DNA of 64,000 bases from an uncultured virus (IMG/VR IMGVR_UViG_3300025012_000952) (taxonomy: Duplodnaviria > Heunggongvirae > Uroviricota > Caudoviricetes), in the IMG/VR virus record IMGVR_UViG_3300025012_000952, positions 1 to 64,000 of that record. One strand, 5' to 3'. The notes below the pieces were generated by a model. It did no database searches. It was given only the letters and a program-made list of their open reading frames with translations, and was not told the DNA's origin. Positions 31,855 to 41,400 of the stretch are shown here, in pieces; the first letter of the stretch is position 1; every line of letters starts with the position of its first letter. The position numbers were made by a program, and so were the translations under genes.

Positions 31855-32866
31855 GTTCAGTTTGAAATTTTTCGTCTATTTCTGTCCACATATTTATAGT
31901 TGCATCTTTAAGTTGTCCTTGTAAATTGTTTTGTTCAATATGGGCAATAGCTTTATCCAAACTTTGGAAACTCTCTGTAACCGCCCAGTAGGTAGTCATA
32001 GCAGAATTTTCTTTGATATAGATTAAGTTAGCTCTAATATCGTCGATACCATAGTCGAAAATAATATAGATATCAGCTTCTCTATATGGAACATCAATAG
32101 AACTTTTAATAACTTTTACTTTAGAATGAACCCCTACGGCTCTTTTTAAATCTTTCCCTCCCAATTTTATTGTCTTTTCTACTTTTCCAATTTGGGTTAC
32201 TGCTAATCTTAAAGATGCTAAAAATGGTATAGCGTATCCTCCAGCTGTTTTTGTTTTTGCTTGACCAGGCATAGGATCTTGAACATCTTGTACCTGATTT
32301 GTAAAAACTATCAATTTAGTAGGATCTGATATAACTGCTACTGCTTTTCTACAAAGTTGGTGAAGCTCTTTGGCTCGGGCACTCCCTCGTTTATCTCCCT
32401 TTTCCTCTTCCAATTCTGATAATAAAACTGCTACGCTGTCTATGGCTACCAAATTAATACAACCGTTCTCAGATTCTGGAGAACTCATTATTAATTCTTG
32501 AGCTTCTTTGATAAGTCTAGGACGATGTAAATTATCGTCGGTGATTTTTATTCCCATATTTTTTATAAATTCTGGTTGCATTCTTCTTTCTGCATCTCCT
32601 ATATCAGCACGTCCTCCTTTGGATTGGGCATCGGCGCACATTTCTCCTATAATGGTAGTCTTACCCCCCATGGGGAGTCCTGCTAATTCCATCAATATTC
32701 CTCCAGGTATACCCCCTCCCCTTCGTATACGACCACTTATAGCGAGGTCTACTAGGGTAGACCCAGTAGAAATTACTTTAGACATATTTAGTTTTTCTTC
32801 TTCAGGTTCTTTAGTAGCTACCAATCCTTTAGCAATATCTTGAATCTTACGTTTAATCAATGGCAT
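31832..32866 (-). CDS. recA: RecA/UvsX-like recombinase
   Basis: ISTGS..VDLA, GLPMGGKTT (Walker A), DAE, IDSVA, FTNQ, GG.A..F.AS.RL. Confidence 0.9.
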   Translation of the reverse strand: MPLIKRKIQDIAKGLVATKEPEEEKLNMSKVISTGSTLVDLAISGRIRRGGGIPGGILMELAGLPMGGKTTIIGEMCADAQSKGGRADIGDAERRMQPEFIKNMGIKITDDNLHRPRLIKEAQELIMSSPESENGCINLVAIDSVAVLLSELEEEKGDKRGSARAKELHQLCRKAVAVISDPTKLIVFTNQVQDVQDPMPGQAKTKTAGGYAIPFLASLRLAVTQIGKVEKTIKLGGKDLKRAVGVHSKVKVIKSSIDVPYREADIYIIFDYGIDDIRANLIYIKENSAMTTYWAVTESFQSLDKAIAHIEQNNLQGQLKDATINMWTEIDEKFQTERVPKSRN

Positions 32867-33719
32867 TCTGATCTCCTTTTAATAAAACTCTCCATTTGTT
32901 GTATAAATCCCTCTTTAAAAAACTAGAAAATCCATAATCCATGCATATTCCCTCAAATACATTGAAATCTAATTTATCTGGTACTAAATCTACGGGGGTT
33001 GATTTTTTATGGGGGAGTTTTACTAAGGAATAATTAAAAGTAGGGTCAAAAGCATGTATATCTTGATATTTTTTGGAAGAAACTCCTAATTCTGATTTTA
33101 GATATTTTATAGCAGTTTTTTCACCAACTCCCACCACTCCCTTCACGGAGTCAGATGAACACCCTGCGACCGATTTAACGTAGTACCACATATTGGGATC
33201 TATTCCTTTTTCTTCTATGAAATCATCTTTAGAGTAAATTTTCTTTTCTCTTGGATTATAAATAGACACTTTTGAATTTAGCAATTGATATAAATCTTCG
33301 TCCGAAGTTACGATATAGGTATGATCAAATTCCCAAGCATGGTCATTAGCTATATGAGCAATAATATCGTCTGCTTCTAATCCTGTTTGAATAAAATTAT
33401 TTTGAAATCCTAATTTAGGAAGAACTTTGGTACGAATCTCTGTAAATTGGGGTTTACCAGAACGAATTATATCTTCCATCTCGGGATCTTCAACTTGAGG
33501 GCGTTTTTTATAATCGGGGTAAACGTCTCTACGATATGATTTTCTAGAATCCCAAGCAAATGTAAATCGAGGTTGTTCAAAATCTTCGGATAACTTTAAA
33601 ATCTCTCTCATGAAACCAAATATAACTCCAGTGGAGTGTTCCTCATAAGAAAGTCCCATCATTGATAACATGGCTCTATATGCTATGAAATTAGAATCAA
33701 TTATTAAAAGGTTGCTCAA
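32853..33719 (-). CDS. 5'-3' exonuclease/flap endonuclease (T5 D15/T4 RNase H-like)
   Basis: LIIDSN, YPDYK, EADDII, SDEDLYQL, SD...GV.GVGEKTA. Confidence 0.9.
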   Translation of the reverse strand: MSNLLIIDSNFIAYRAMLSMMGLSYEEHSTGVIFGFMREILKLSEDFEQPRFTFAWDSRKSYRRDVYPDYKKRPQVEDPEMEDIIRSGKPQFTEIRTKVLPKLGFQNNFIQTGLEADDIIAHIANDHAWEFDHTYIVTSDEDLYQLLNSKVSIYNPREKKIYSKDDFIEEKGIDPNMWYYVKSVAGCSSDSVKGVVGVGEKTAIKYLKSELGVSSKKYQDIHAFDPTFNYSLVKLPHKKSTPVDLVPDKLDFNVFEGICMDYGFSSFLKRDLYNKWRVLLKGDQNAID

Positions 33720-33772
33720 ATTTTTTCCTTAATTTTTACGTTTGGTTTCAATTTTATCTCTTTCCATTAGTA

Positions 33773-33890
33773 TGGTGGTCGGGAGTGCCTTCACCCCAAG
33801 ACATTTGCTTGGTCAGCACGTTTACCATCCGTGTCTCGCTATCGACGGGCGACAACAATCCCCGCTACTCAAGCAAGAACACTCCCAACC
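33773..33890 (-). ncRNA. Unidentified structured RNA A with 13-bp terminal helix and 3' ACCA
   Basis: GGTTGGGAGTGTT pairs with GGCACTCCCGACC, followed by ACCA; internal stems TTGCTTG/CAAGCAA, TTGTTGTCG/CGATAGCGA, CACG/CGTG; GC-rich intergenic island. Confidence 0.55.
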
Positions 33891-33892
33891 TA

Positions 33893-34050
33893 CGTACCAG
33901 TTTCAGCAGCCGACTCACTGCTTAACGCTCCCTGGTACGATTAAAATGGGGAAGCGGCCCGACCGTTAGTTGTAGTTGTCGCGCTACCACCACAGACCCT
34001 AGCCACCTCCCCATCTCGTAGATGGCTATGGAAACTTTCTCTCCATATTT
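33893..34050 (-). ncRNA. Adjacent GC-rich hairpin cluster
   Basis: Stems CGTACCAG/CTGGTACG (33893-33939), ATGGGGAGGTGGCT/GGCCGCTTCCCCAT (33946-34014), TATGGAGA/TTTCCATA. Confidence 0.45.
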
Positions 34051-34083
34051 AATCCCCCTGAAAAGGACTAGGGAAAACCATCT

Positions 34084-34317
34084 TTAATCTTTTACTTCTC
34101 CAGTTACTATTACCCAATCATTTCCTATCATATCTCCTTCAGATACCAAGAGCCTTGATATACTTCCATCTTTCTTTTTAATGGATAAAAATCCGTTGTA
34201 AAGAAAGATGAATACATTAGGATTATCCCACTCCAGTTTGGAAACTCTCCCCCCAAGAATGATATTTTGAATAGCTTGAGAAAAGTTCATCGTTTTTCTC
34301 AAAGGTGTTTGTTTCAT
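34084..34317 (-). CDS. DUF2829/Tad2-like anti-defence nucleotide sponge candidate
   Basis: MNFSQAI..I..G.RVS...W....FIFL ... S.GDM..NDW.IV matches the DUF2829 pattern. Confidence 0.65.
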   Translation of the reverse strand: MKQTPLRKTMNFSQAIQNIILGGRVSKLEWDNPNVFIFLYNGFLSIKKKDGSISRLLVSEGDMIGNDWVIVTGEVKD

Positions 34318-34321
34318 TACT

Positions 34322-35524
34322 TTATCCCCTGGGCCTTAGACCACGCCGAGGTCCTGTAGCAGGAGCCGGTGCCGGAGCCGCTGTTGCAGCCGGTCTAGGT
34401 GTAGGTCTAGGGGTTGCCGGGGCTGCTGGAGTAGGACGGGGAGTGGGTGCCGCAGGGGCTTCTGCCTTGGCTGCATCTAATTTATCTTTCTCAGCCGAGC
34501 AATCATCCCAAATGGGACAAGCAGCACATTCGTTATACTTTTCACAATCCTCCCCAAATACTCCCCCTACGGGACAAGTTTGGGCACCAGCCGTACCCGG
34601 AGCCGCCGTTGTTTGGACTCGCGGAGTTGCACGGGGGGTAGGAGTTGGATTAACAGCCGGGGCAGGTGTCGGAGGTTCCGCAGCAGGAGCAGCTACCCTG
34701 CTTCTCAATCGAGATTCTGCCGGAGGGACTACTACAGGCTGAGGAGGGGGTAATTCCTCTGTGGGTGCTATATCCCCTCCCCCTGTTCCTTGAAAAGCCT
34801 GGTTAATTTCATCATATGTAGCATAGTTAATGCATTCATCTAATACGAAAGCAGCGTCAAGAACTTCATCAGGAATGACATAATTCCTATCTACAAACTT
34901 ATGGGCAAGAAACTCTGAATTCCGTTTGGTCCCCTTACGGGTAAATGAAATGGACTTTCCGGTATCTGGATCAGAGAAAGCTACGTACATATCGGTGGAT
35001 TTTCCGGCCCCCCGAGTAGGAGTTTTAGCCAAAGGAGCAATATGCTTTTCCATAAACCAATGGGCGGCATCGAAGATTTGAACTCCCTTACCCTCTTCTT
35101 TTTCACTATCATAGCAAAGGATGTTATAAATACTTCGACGCTTGGGGGTAAGTTCTTTCACCAATTCTTCATCGTAATCTTCCTGTCTGCGAACTTCTTC
35201 ACGATATTCGCAGATAGGGCATTGCTTGTTGTAGTTACGGGCCTGGCAAACATATGCATCTTGGTTAACCCCCACTCCGTAATGAACCCAAAGAATTAAA
35301 ACGTAGTTGGGTTCCCCCGGTTTGGTATTAGGATCATGGTTTCCTGCGGGAAAGGGAATAATATCAATGATGTGTTCCCCTTCTCCACATTTCCAAAGTT
35401 TACTAGCAAATTCATCTTTGAAAATGTTCTTAAACTGACCAGAATCATCTCTTTTCTCATACGATTCTTGAGTCTTTCTTGCAAGGGCTTCCTTCATCGC
35501 TGCCCTTCGATCAAGATTTGCCAT
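34322..35524 (-). CDS. Single-stranded DNA-binding protein (gp32-like) with Pro/Ala-rich tail
   Basis: HYGVG....YVC.......CPICE, FSDPDTGKSISF.RKG; start MANLDRR at 35524 with SD GGAGG. Confidence 0.75.
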   Translation of the reverse strand: MANLDRRAAMKEALARKTQESYEKRDDSGQFKNIFKDEFASKLWKCGEGEHIIDIIPFPAGNHDPNTKPGEPNYVLILWVHYGVGVNQDAYVCQARNYNKQCPICEYREEVRRQEDYDEELVKELTPKRRSIYNILCYDSEKEEGKGVQIFDAAHWFMEKHIAPLAKTPTRGAGKSTDMYVAFSDPDTGKSISFTRKGTKRNSEFLAHKFVDRNYVIPDEVLDAAFVLDECINYATYDEINQAFQGTGGGDIAPTEELPPPQPVVVPPAESRLRSRVAAPAAEPPTPAPAVNPTPTPRATPRVQTTAAPGTAGAQTCPVGGVFGEDCEKYNECAACPIWDDCSAEKDKLDAAKAEAPAAPTPRPTPAAPATPRPTPRPAATAAPAPAPATGPRRGLRPRG

Positions 35525-35720
35525 TTTTGCCCTCCTCCCCTTTCGGGGTGTTATCCTTGAACAAGTCAAGGAGTTTTTGGGTGTATTTAATCTTAGAGTC
35601 CCACCAACTGTTCAAACAAGCGGTTGATACCACTCTTGTAACAAGATAGATCATCATCATTGCTATTGGTATTCCTATTAAGAAACAAACTACTTGTAAC
35701 CAAATTGGTATATTGGTCAT
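35511..35720 (-). CDS. Small membrane protein
   Basis: One hydrophobic helix. Confidence 0.5.
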   Translation of the reverse strand: MTNIPIWLQVVCFLIGIPIAMMMIYLVTRVVSTACLNSWWDSKIKYTQKLLDLFKDNTPKGEEGKNGKS

Positions 35721-36214
35721 TCGACTCTCTTTCTGATCCGAAGGAGAGACTTTTGATGTTCCGTAGCATCATCGGCTAATTTTCCTATGCCTTCATTATT
35801 TAATTTAACTTCGGAAAAGTAGCCTGAAATATATAATGCTACCAGTTTCTCCAACATGGATCTACGTTGGTCTAGTGCTTCTTTCGCCGCACTATAAATA
35901 TTGACGGCGTATTGAGCATCTGAAACGGCCTTCTCTGCTTGATTTACCTCCTCATTGGATTCTAATGCAGCATTAATAGATCCTTCAGTAACTTTATCAA
36001 TTCCGTATTCTCCAGGACGTGACCTGATGTCAATATTCGTATTAGCTTTAACGACTGAAGTTTTACGTTTGGCTTCATCTCTGACTCTGACAGCCTCAGC
36101 ATATTCTACTGACCATTTCATAAAACGCCTTGGCTGGTCGAGGCAAGCGGTGGATAAATCATTTTTATCAATTTCTAAATCTTGTTCAATTTCGGTGATT
36201 TCTATATCAGCCAT
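35717..36214 (-). CDS. UvsY-like recombination mediator
   Basis: Helical; LEID...L......QP....W..., next to SSB. Confidence 0.55.
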   Translation of the reverse strand: MADIEITEIEQDLEIDKNDLSTACLDQPRRFMKWSVEYAEAVRVRDEAKRKTSVVKANTNIDIRSRPGEYGIDKVTEGSINAALESNEEVNQAEKAVSDAQYAVNIYSAAKEALDQRRSMLEKLVALYISGYFSEVKLNNEGIGKLADDATEHQKSLLRIRKRVE

Positions 36215-36404
36215 TTTTTCCTCCCAACATATTGGTAAAAATATTTTTATACAATTCTTTCATACTTTCGGCAGCTAAAGTACTTTGTAATAAAGAAGCC
36301 GTGGATTGAAGTACGGCTATCTTTTCTGCTATATCAAATTCATTCAAATCTTGAAGATTAATAAGGATTTTTGCCACTCCTTCATTTATTTTTATAATAT
36401 TCAT
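36207..36404 (-). CDS. Hypothetical protein
   Basis: Start likely MNIIK, overlapping the clamp-loader stop. Confidence 0.45.
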   Translation of the reverse strand: MNIIKINEGVAKILINLQDLNEFDIAEKIAVLQSTASLLQSTLAAESMKELYKNIFTNMLGGKNG

Positions 36405-38377
36405 TAAATTAAAGTTGATAAATATACGGAGCTTATAAGTCCAGCTTTTCCGCAATCATAATAATTATTTGAGAATTCTGATATAAGCTGAGCTACTCTC
36501 TTACCGTTATCATGATTTCCATTTATAAGAACAGAAGAAAGATAACCTAAGATTGCACGTCTAACACTTTCTGGCTCCTGTTCGATATTTTTAAGCATAA
36601 TTGATAATTCTTTCCAACGAGCCGGACCTGGCTCCTTAGCCATAATCTTACGACAAAGCTCTATGATGGTCGTTTCATCAGGAGTATTTTCATTAATAGC
36701 TTCAAGCTGTTTTTCTTCTTCTTTAATATCAATAATTTGGTCTAGAATAACTAGTGCTTTTCTAGCACATCCTTCTGCGGAAAATAAAATAGCATTTTTC
36801 ACTTTTTCGGATAATTGAACCCCTTCGGATTCCAAAATCCAATTTACTAATGATATCATATCATGTTTACGAAGGGGGGATACGGTATATATGGTGGATC
36901 TAGTTTTTATTGTATTTAAAAGTTTTTCTGGCTCAGTTGTACAAAGAATAAAGTAAACCCCCTTTGGGGGTTCCTCTAAAATTTTTAGCATTGCATGTTG
37001 GAAATCTTTGGTTGCTGTATGACAATTATGGGCCAGAATTCCATTTGCAAAATAAGATGGATGCCCGTCTATTTCTAAATCGTAGAATTCGACATACCCT
37101 TGATTTCTTTCTTTATTAGAAATAATACCTCGGAAAGATTCGTCATTATTTCCTGATTGGTAAATCTCAATACTTTCCACCCCAATTCTTTTAGTTTCTC
37201 CTCCTTCTTTTTGTCTCTCAATATAGGATCTCTCCCATTGTGCCCAGGCCCGTCCACTTCTATCGCTATTTTCAATTTGGTATTTCCTATATCCACTTTG
37301 TAGTTTGGAGGATATCCCAAATTGAGCTCCTTTTTTGAAGAATGTCCTGTAAGGATCACTACTTCTGTTTCCCATCCTAGAGATATTGATAACAAAGTTT
37401 GGGGTTCTGTTATTTTTCCATTCCCTCCCCTTTTCCCCTTCCAAATATGAAGGGTTCCGTTCAATCGTTTGGTAGACATAATTTTTTCCATTATTATTGG
37501 GTTTTGAGAAGGGTTGTTTTCTAACATTCTCAAGGAAGATTCTAATCTCATTCGATCCTTCGTTATTTGAGGAATTTTTTTCCATCCCTCTTTCATCTTT
37601 CGTATTCTCTCTGGATCTGACTTCGCCTTTTTTATTTGGGGAAGAGACTCCCGGAATAGTGCCACACATCGACGAGAACAAAATCTCCTCGTCCTTTCGG
37701 AGAGGAATTTTATCAAAAAGGGAGCTTGGCACCATTCGCAAAGTTTCGTTTCTTCCATTTGGAAGACCCCCTTGTTTAAGGATGTTCCCCATTATACTAC
37801 TATCGAGTCCGAAAGTAAAATATTTTTTAAGATTTTTGGCCGGAACCCACTCTCCAGAGGGGGTAAAAAATAAATGATCTTCGCTGCAAATAATATTACG
37901 GCCATCATTAAAATTTATTTTTACCACTCTATTTATAGGAACTGTATTTTTGAAGGTATTTTTTACTTTACAAAATCCCCCCATACCTTGTACTTTGTCT
38001 CCTATTTGAATATTTTCTATTGGTACTATTCCTTTATCGCTGCATATAGTGGTTCCTCTAGCGAAACATTCATCAAGAACTATAACTCTTACATCTCCAT
38101 ATAAAGGTTCAAACTGGCAACTTGCTATAATATCTCTAGCAGTATCAATCCCTCGCATATCAGAAATATTATGTTCGATATAATCCATATCGTTACAACC
38201 TAACATTTTAGCGATTATTCTTGCAAGTGTGGTCTTTCCGTTTCCAGAGGGTCCTGAAAATAAAATCGTTTTTGGTTTATCCTCTCTTGCTAAAATTGAC
38301 TTTAAACTTTCTTTGATAGCTTCGTTACCAAAGAATTCCTCCAGTGAGGTGGGCCTGTACGATAGAGAAAGCGGCAA
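36404..38377 (-). CDS. dnaX: Clamp loader (DNA polymerase III gamma/tau-like AAA+), intein-containing
   Basis: YRP..LEEFFGN, GPSGNGKTT, VIVLDE|intein|CH..., LKILEEPP, FILCTTEPEKLL.TIKTR. Confidence 0.9.
   Translation of the reverse strand: MPLSLSYRPTSLEEFFGNEAIKESLKSILAREDKPKTILFSGPSGNGKTTLARIIAKMLGCNDMDYIEHNISDMRGIDTARDIIASCQFEPLYGDVRVIVLDECFARGTTICSDKGIVPIENIQIGDKVQGMGGFCKVKNTFKNTVPINRVVKINFNDGRNIICSEDHLFFTPSGEWVPAKNLKKYFTFGLDSSIMGNILKQGGLPNGRNETLRMVPSSLFDKIPLRKDEEILFSSMCGTIPGVSSPNKKGEVRSRENTKDERGMEKNSSNNEGSNEIRIFLENVRKQPFSKPNNNGKNYVYQTIERNPSYLEGEKGREWKNNRTPNFVINISRMGNRSSDPYRTFFKKGAQFGISSKLQSGYRKYQIENSDRSGRAWAQWERSYIERQKEGGETKRIGVESIEIYQSGNNDESFRGIISNKERNQGYVEFYDLEIDGHPSYFANGILAHNCHTATKDFQHAMLKILEEPPKGVYFILCTTEPEKLLNTIKTRSTIYTVSPLRKHDMISLVNWILESEGVQLSEKVKNAILFSAEGCARKALVILDQIIDIKEEEKQLEAINENTPDETTIIELCRKIMAKEPGPARWKELSIMLKNIEQEPESVRRAILGYLSSVLINGNHDNGKRVAQLISEFSNNYYDCGKAGLISSVYLSTLI
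37075..37758 (-). CDS. Zinc-finger + DUF559/Vsr-like endonuclease nested in the +1 frame of the intein
   Basis: CEWC...FCSRRC; TEPQ; YKVDIG...KIAIEVDGPGH...RD.KK...L.ELGWKVLRFTN; own SD AGGGGG. Confidence 0.85.
   Translation of the reverse strand: MEETKLCEWCQAPFLIKFLSERTRRFCSRRCVALFRESLPQIKKAKSDPERIRKMKEGWKKIPQITKDRMRLESSLRMLENNPSQNPIIMEKIMSTKRLNGTLHIWKGKRGGNGKITEPQTLLSISLGWETEVVILTGHSSKKELNLGYPPNYKVDIGNTKLKIAIEVDGPGHNGRDPILRDKKKEEKLKELGWKVLRFTNQEIMTNLSEVLFLIKKEIKGMSNSTI
37791..37819 (-). promoter_or_regulatory. Internal sigma70-like promoter for the nested endonuclease
   Basis: Minus strand TTTACT-N17-TATAAT, 32 nt upstream of ATG 37758. Confidence 0.6.
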
Positions 38378-38424
38378 GGTATCTCCTCCTATCTATTCTA
38401 CAAGAAATTAGGGTAAATCAGGTT

Positions 38425-41400
38425 TTACTCCTCTGAATAATCTTTTTTCGTATGCCATGGACCGTCTATCTCCGTTACACTTATCTCTGATATTAATGGA
38501 ATACATATCCATGGATTATTTTTCAATATGTCCTCAGTCATAACTCTTTTGGTAGTATTTGCTATATATTTTAATTCATCTGGATGAATATCTCCTAAAA
38601 TTTCGTCGTGAATTTCTCCTATCCATTTAGATTTCCATTCTTCTTTTATACGAAGATCATTGAGTCTATTACAAGATTCCAATAGGCAGTGAAACGCTGT
38701 TCCCTGAATAACAGTATTTATGATCTCATTCTTCTTCAAGAATCCCCTTCTGCGGAATCCATGCATCATTTCTACATAACCATTTCTTTTGTATGAATTA
38801 ATTAATTCTTCTTGAAATTTCTTTACCCCTTTATACTTTTTCCAAAATTCTTGTTCTGCCTTTTGAACCCTCATCATAGGTAGATCATGGTATCCCCTAC
38901 TAACTAAGTCAGCATGTATATTCTTGAAATATGATCCGTAAAATTCTGCAAATACAAAAGCATTTTTGGCATCAAATCTATGTGTTTTAGCGTCAAATCC
39001 AGATAGTTGTAAAAAATCTGACCACTCTTGGTGTATATCTGCTCCTTGTTCTCTCTCTTTCATTAAAACTTTATCTTTTGAATAGCATGCTATAATTCCT
39101 ACTTCATGACCTCCGTAATCCGCAGCCAATATGATATTTCCAGGAGAAGGAATCATTCCCCCTCTTACCATAATCATAGCTTCTTTATCTCTTTTGGGAA
39201 TGTTCTGAAGATTAGGCGAATCAGAGTTATGAACGCATATTTCGTTAGCTATAAAATTTGAAAATTCCTCTACTTGGATATCATAAACTTCCGAAAATAA
39301 ATTAATATCTTCTATTTTGATTATAATATGATTTTTGGTAGTAAAAGAGCCAAATTGATTCCCCCATTTTCTTTGATAATATACCCCGTAAATTTTTGAT
39401 AATCTTTGAGTTTTATAATAATTAAATCCTAATAATTCTATAGCTGCACTAGGTCCTTGTTTTAATATATTTATCAATTTATTTTTACTTATAAATTTCC
39501 CATTTCTATCCCACCTAGATTTTACCACAAATAAATCAATTTTTTCTAATTTAGAATGGTATTTAAAAGTACTAAAATCAAATTCTTTTCTACCCGTTAC
39601 TACTCCTTTTCCTATGACCAGTAGTTTTAGTAATTGGTACCTACTTATTTTTTTATAATTATGATTTTCCTTTCCAATTTTATATGTTATTTTACCTTCT
39701 TTATGTAATTTTTTCATGGTAATAGTTCCACGCAAACGAAGGGTTTCCTTTGGTACTTTATTCATATGTAGTGCACAATGGGAATTTTTAGTGCGCTTTT
39801 CCAAGTTATTCGGAATATTGTTAAAATGATTTTCATCTTTATGATGAACAATATCTCCTAATTCTAACTTTTCTATTAATTGATCATATACTAGTACTTG
39901 ATCTGCAATAGGAATATTTCCTGTAAAATAAACTCTATCGTCCCCTGTAGTTCTACCCATAGACAACACGCTAAATTTGGGAGATTTTTTAGATTGATTC
40001 GCTCCTCGTAAATCAAATTTTAATAAATTTTGGGCTTCTACATATTTTCCACTAACAGTTCTTACCAAATGCTCAGGGGTTAGATCTAAATACCCCCTTT
40101 TTTTCCATTTTTGACCCGATTGCCAATGAATTCTTATTACTTTTTTGACTCCAGTTTTCCCCGCCCAAAGAACTTTTCTTATGGCTGGTTTTAAATTATT
40201 ATCATAACAATAGACAAAATCTCCTTCTTTGATATCTTCTATAGGAATTCCTTTAGAAAATTTTGATACATCCCGAACTACTTCAATTATTGTTCCTTTA
40301 GCTATGCAACTACTGCGGTAGGTCCTCACTAAATGTAAATTAAAATTAGAATGTAATTTTTTATCAACTTGTAATTCTAATATTCCGTCAATATATGTAG
40401 TTTTTAATTTATCTAATTGTCTCTTTTTAACCAAGTTTTTAGCAAAGGGAAGATCCAAACTTTCCAAAACATCCTTATCCACAGACTCATTATCTTTTTC
40501 AGTTCTTTTGACCGATTTAATTCCAAGGTAATCAAAAAATAATTTTTTCAAATCGTCTGGGGAACCTAAATTTATATCTCTCCCCATTTTTGATTTAAAG
40601 AGATTAGCCTCAGATGTACGAAGAAGTTGTTTTTCAAGAAAGGATAATCTCTTTTCCAATTTAACTTGAGTATCTTGGTAGTATTCCGTATTAACCGTAA
40701 TTCCTGTCATTTCCATATCAGAGAAAGTTAAAATTCCTTTATGAAATAAATCGTAGGCTCTTGAAGCTGCTTCTGATTCTTTATTACCTTTATCTAAGAA
40801 ATCCCATTGCTTCTCAGCCAATCTCATAGTGAAATAGGCGTCCAGTCCGTTATATTTCAATAGTTCATTTAACGGACATTTTTGCATAGAATTAAATTTA
40901 GTTCCGGGGGCAGCTTTTTTATATTTTGATACTTCTCCTCCGTATTCATATCCCCAATTTATAAATGTTTGAAAGTCTAGCCCGGTAAATTGAGGACGTT
41001 CGTCAACGATGTGGGAGAATACCATCGTATCCCAATACCATCCTTTTGGTTCTTCTCCGATTATTATTTTACTCCAAGGGTGCTCCATCTGAATATTTTG
41101 AGCTACTTTTAAAATATCGGGGTCCGAAAGTACCCTGCGCCACGCCGTATTTACCCTATCTAACTGTCCTGATTCCCACGCTCCGGGGTAGTTACCGGGG
41201 AAGGAATAGGCTAGATCCTCCCCGTAAATAGCGACAGCCGTAGACACAATAGAGTGTCCGGGGAAGTAGGGACGAATTCCCGTAGTTTCATAGTCAAAGG
41301 CTATCGTAGGTTTTTGATCTTTAATAGTTTTTAATAAATTTAAAACTTCATCTACGTTGGTCAAGCATTTTATTTTTTGGGAATAATCTATTTCTTCTAT

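Larger units (their letters stand above)
37025..38068 (-). mobile_element. Intein (348 aa) inserted in the Walker B DE^CH motif of the clamp loader
   Basis: Block A CFARGT, block B CSEDHLF, block F/G FYDLEIDGHPSYFANGILAHN followed by Cys; no in-frame endonuclease motifs. Confidence 0.92.

Noticed and set aside
33742..33969. 75-aa + strand ORF
   Set aside because: Opposite to the operon, no SD; better explained by minus-strand structured RNA
34305..34742. Gly/Ala-rich + strand ORFs here and at 59351-59641
   Set aside because: Antisense of Pro/Ala-rich linkers
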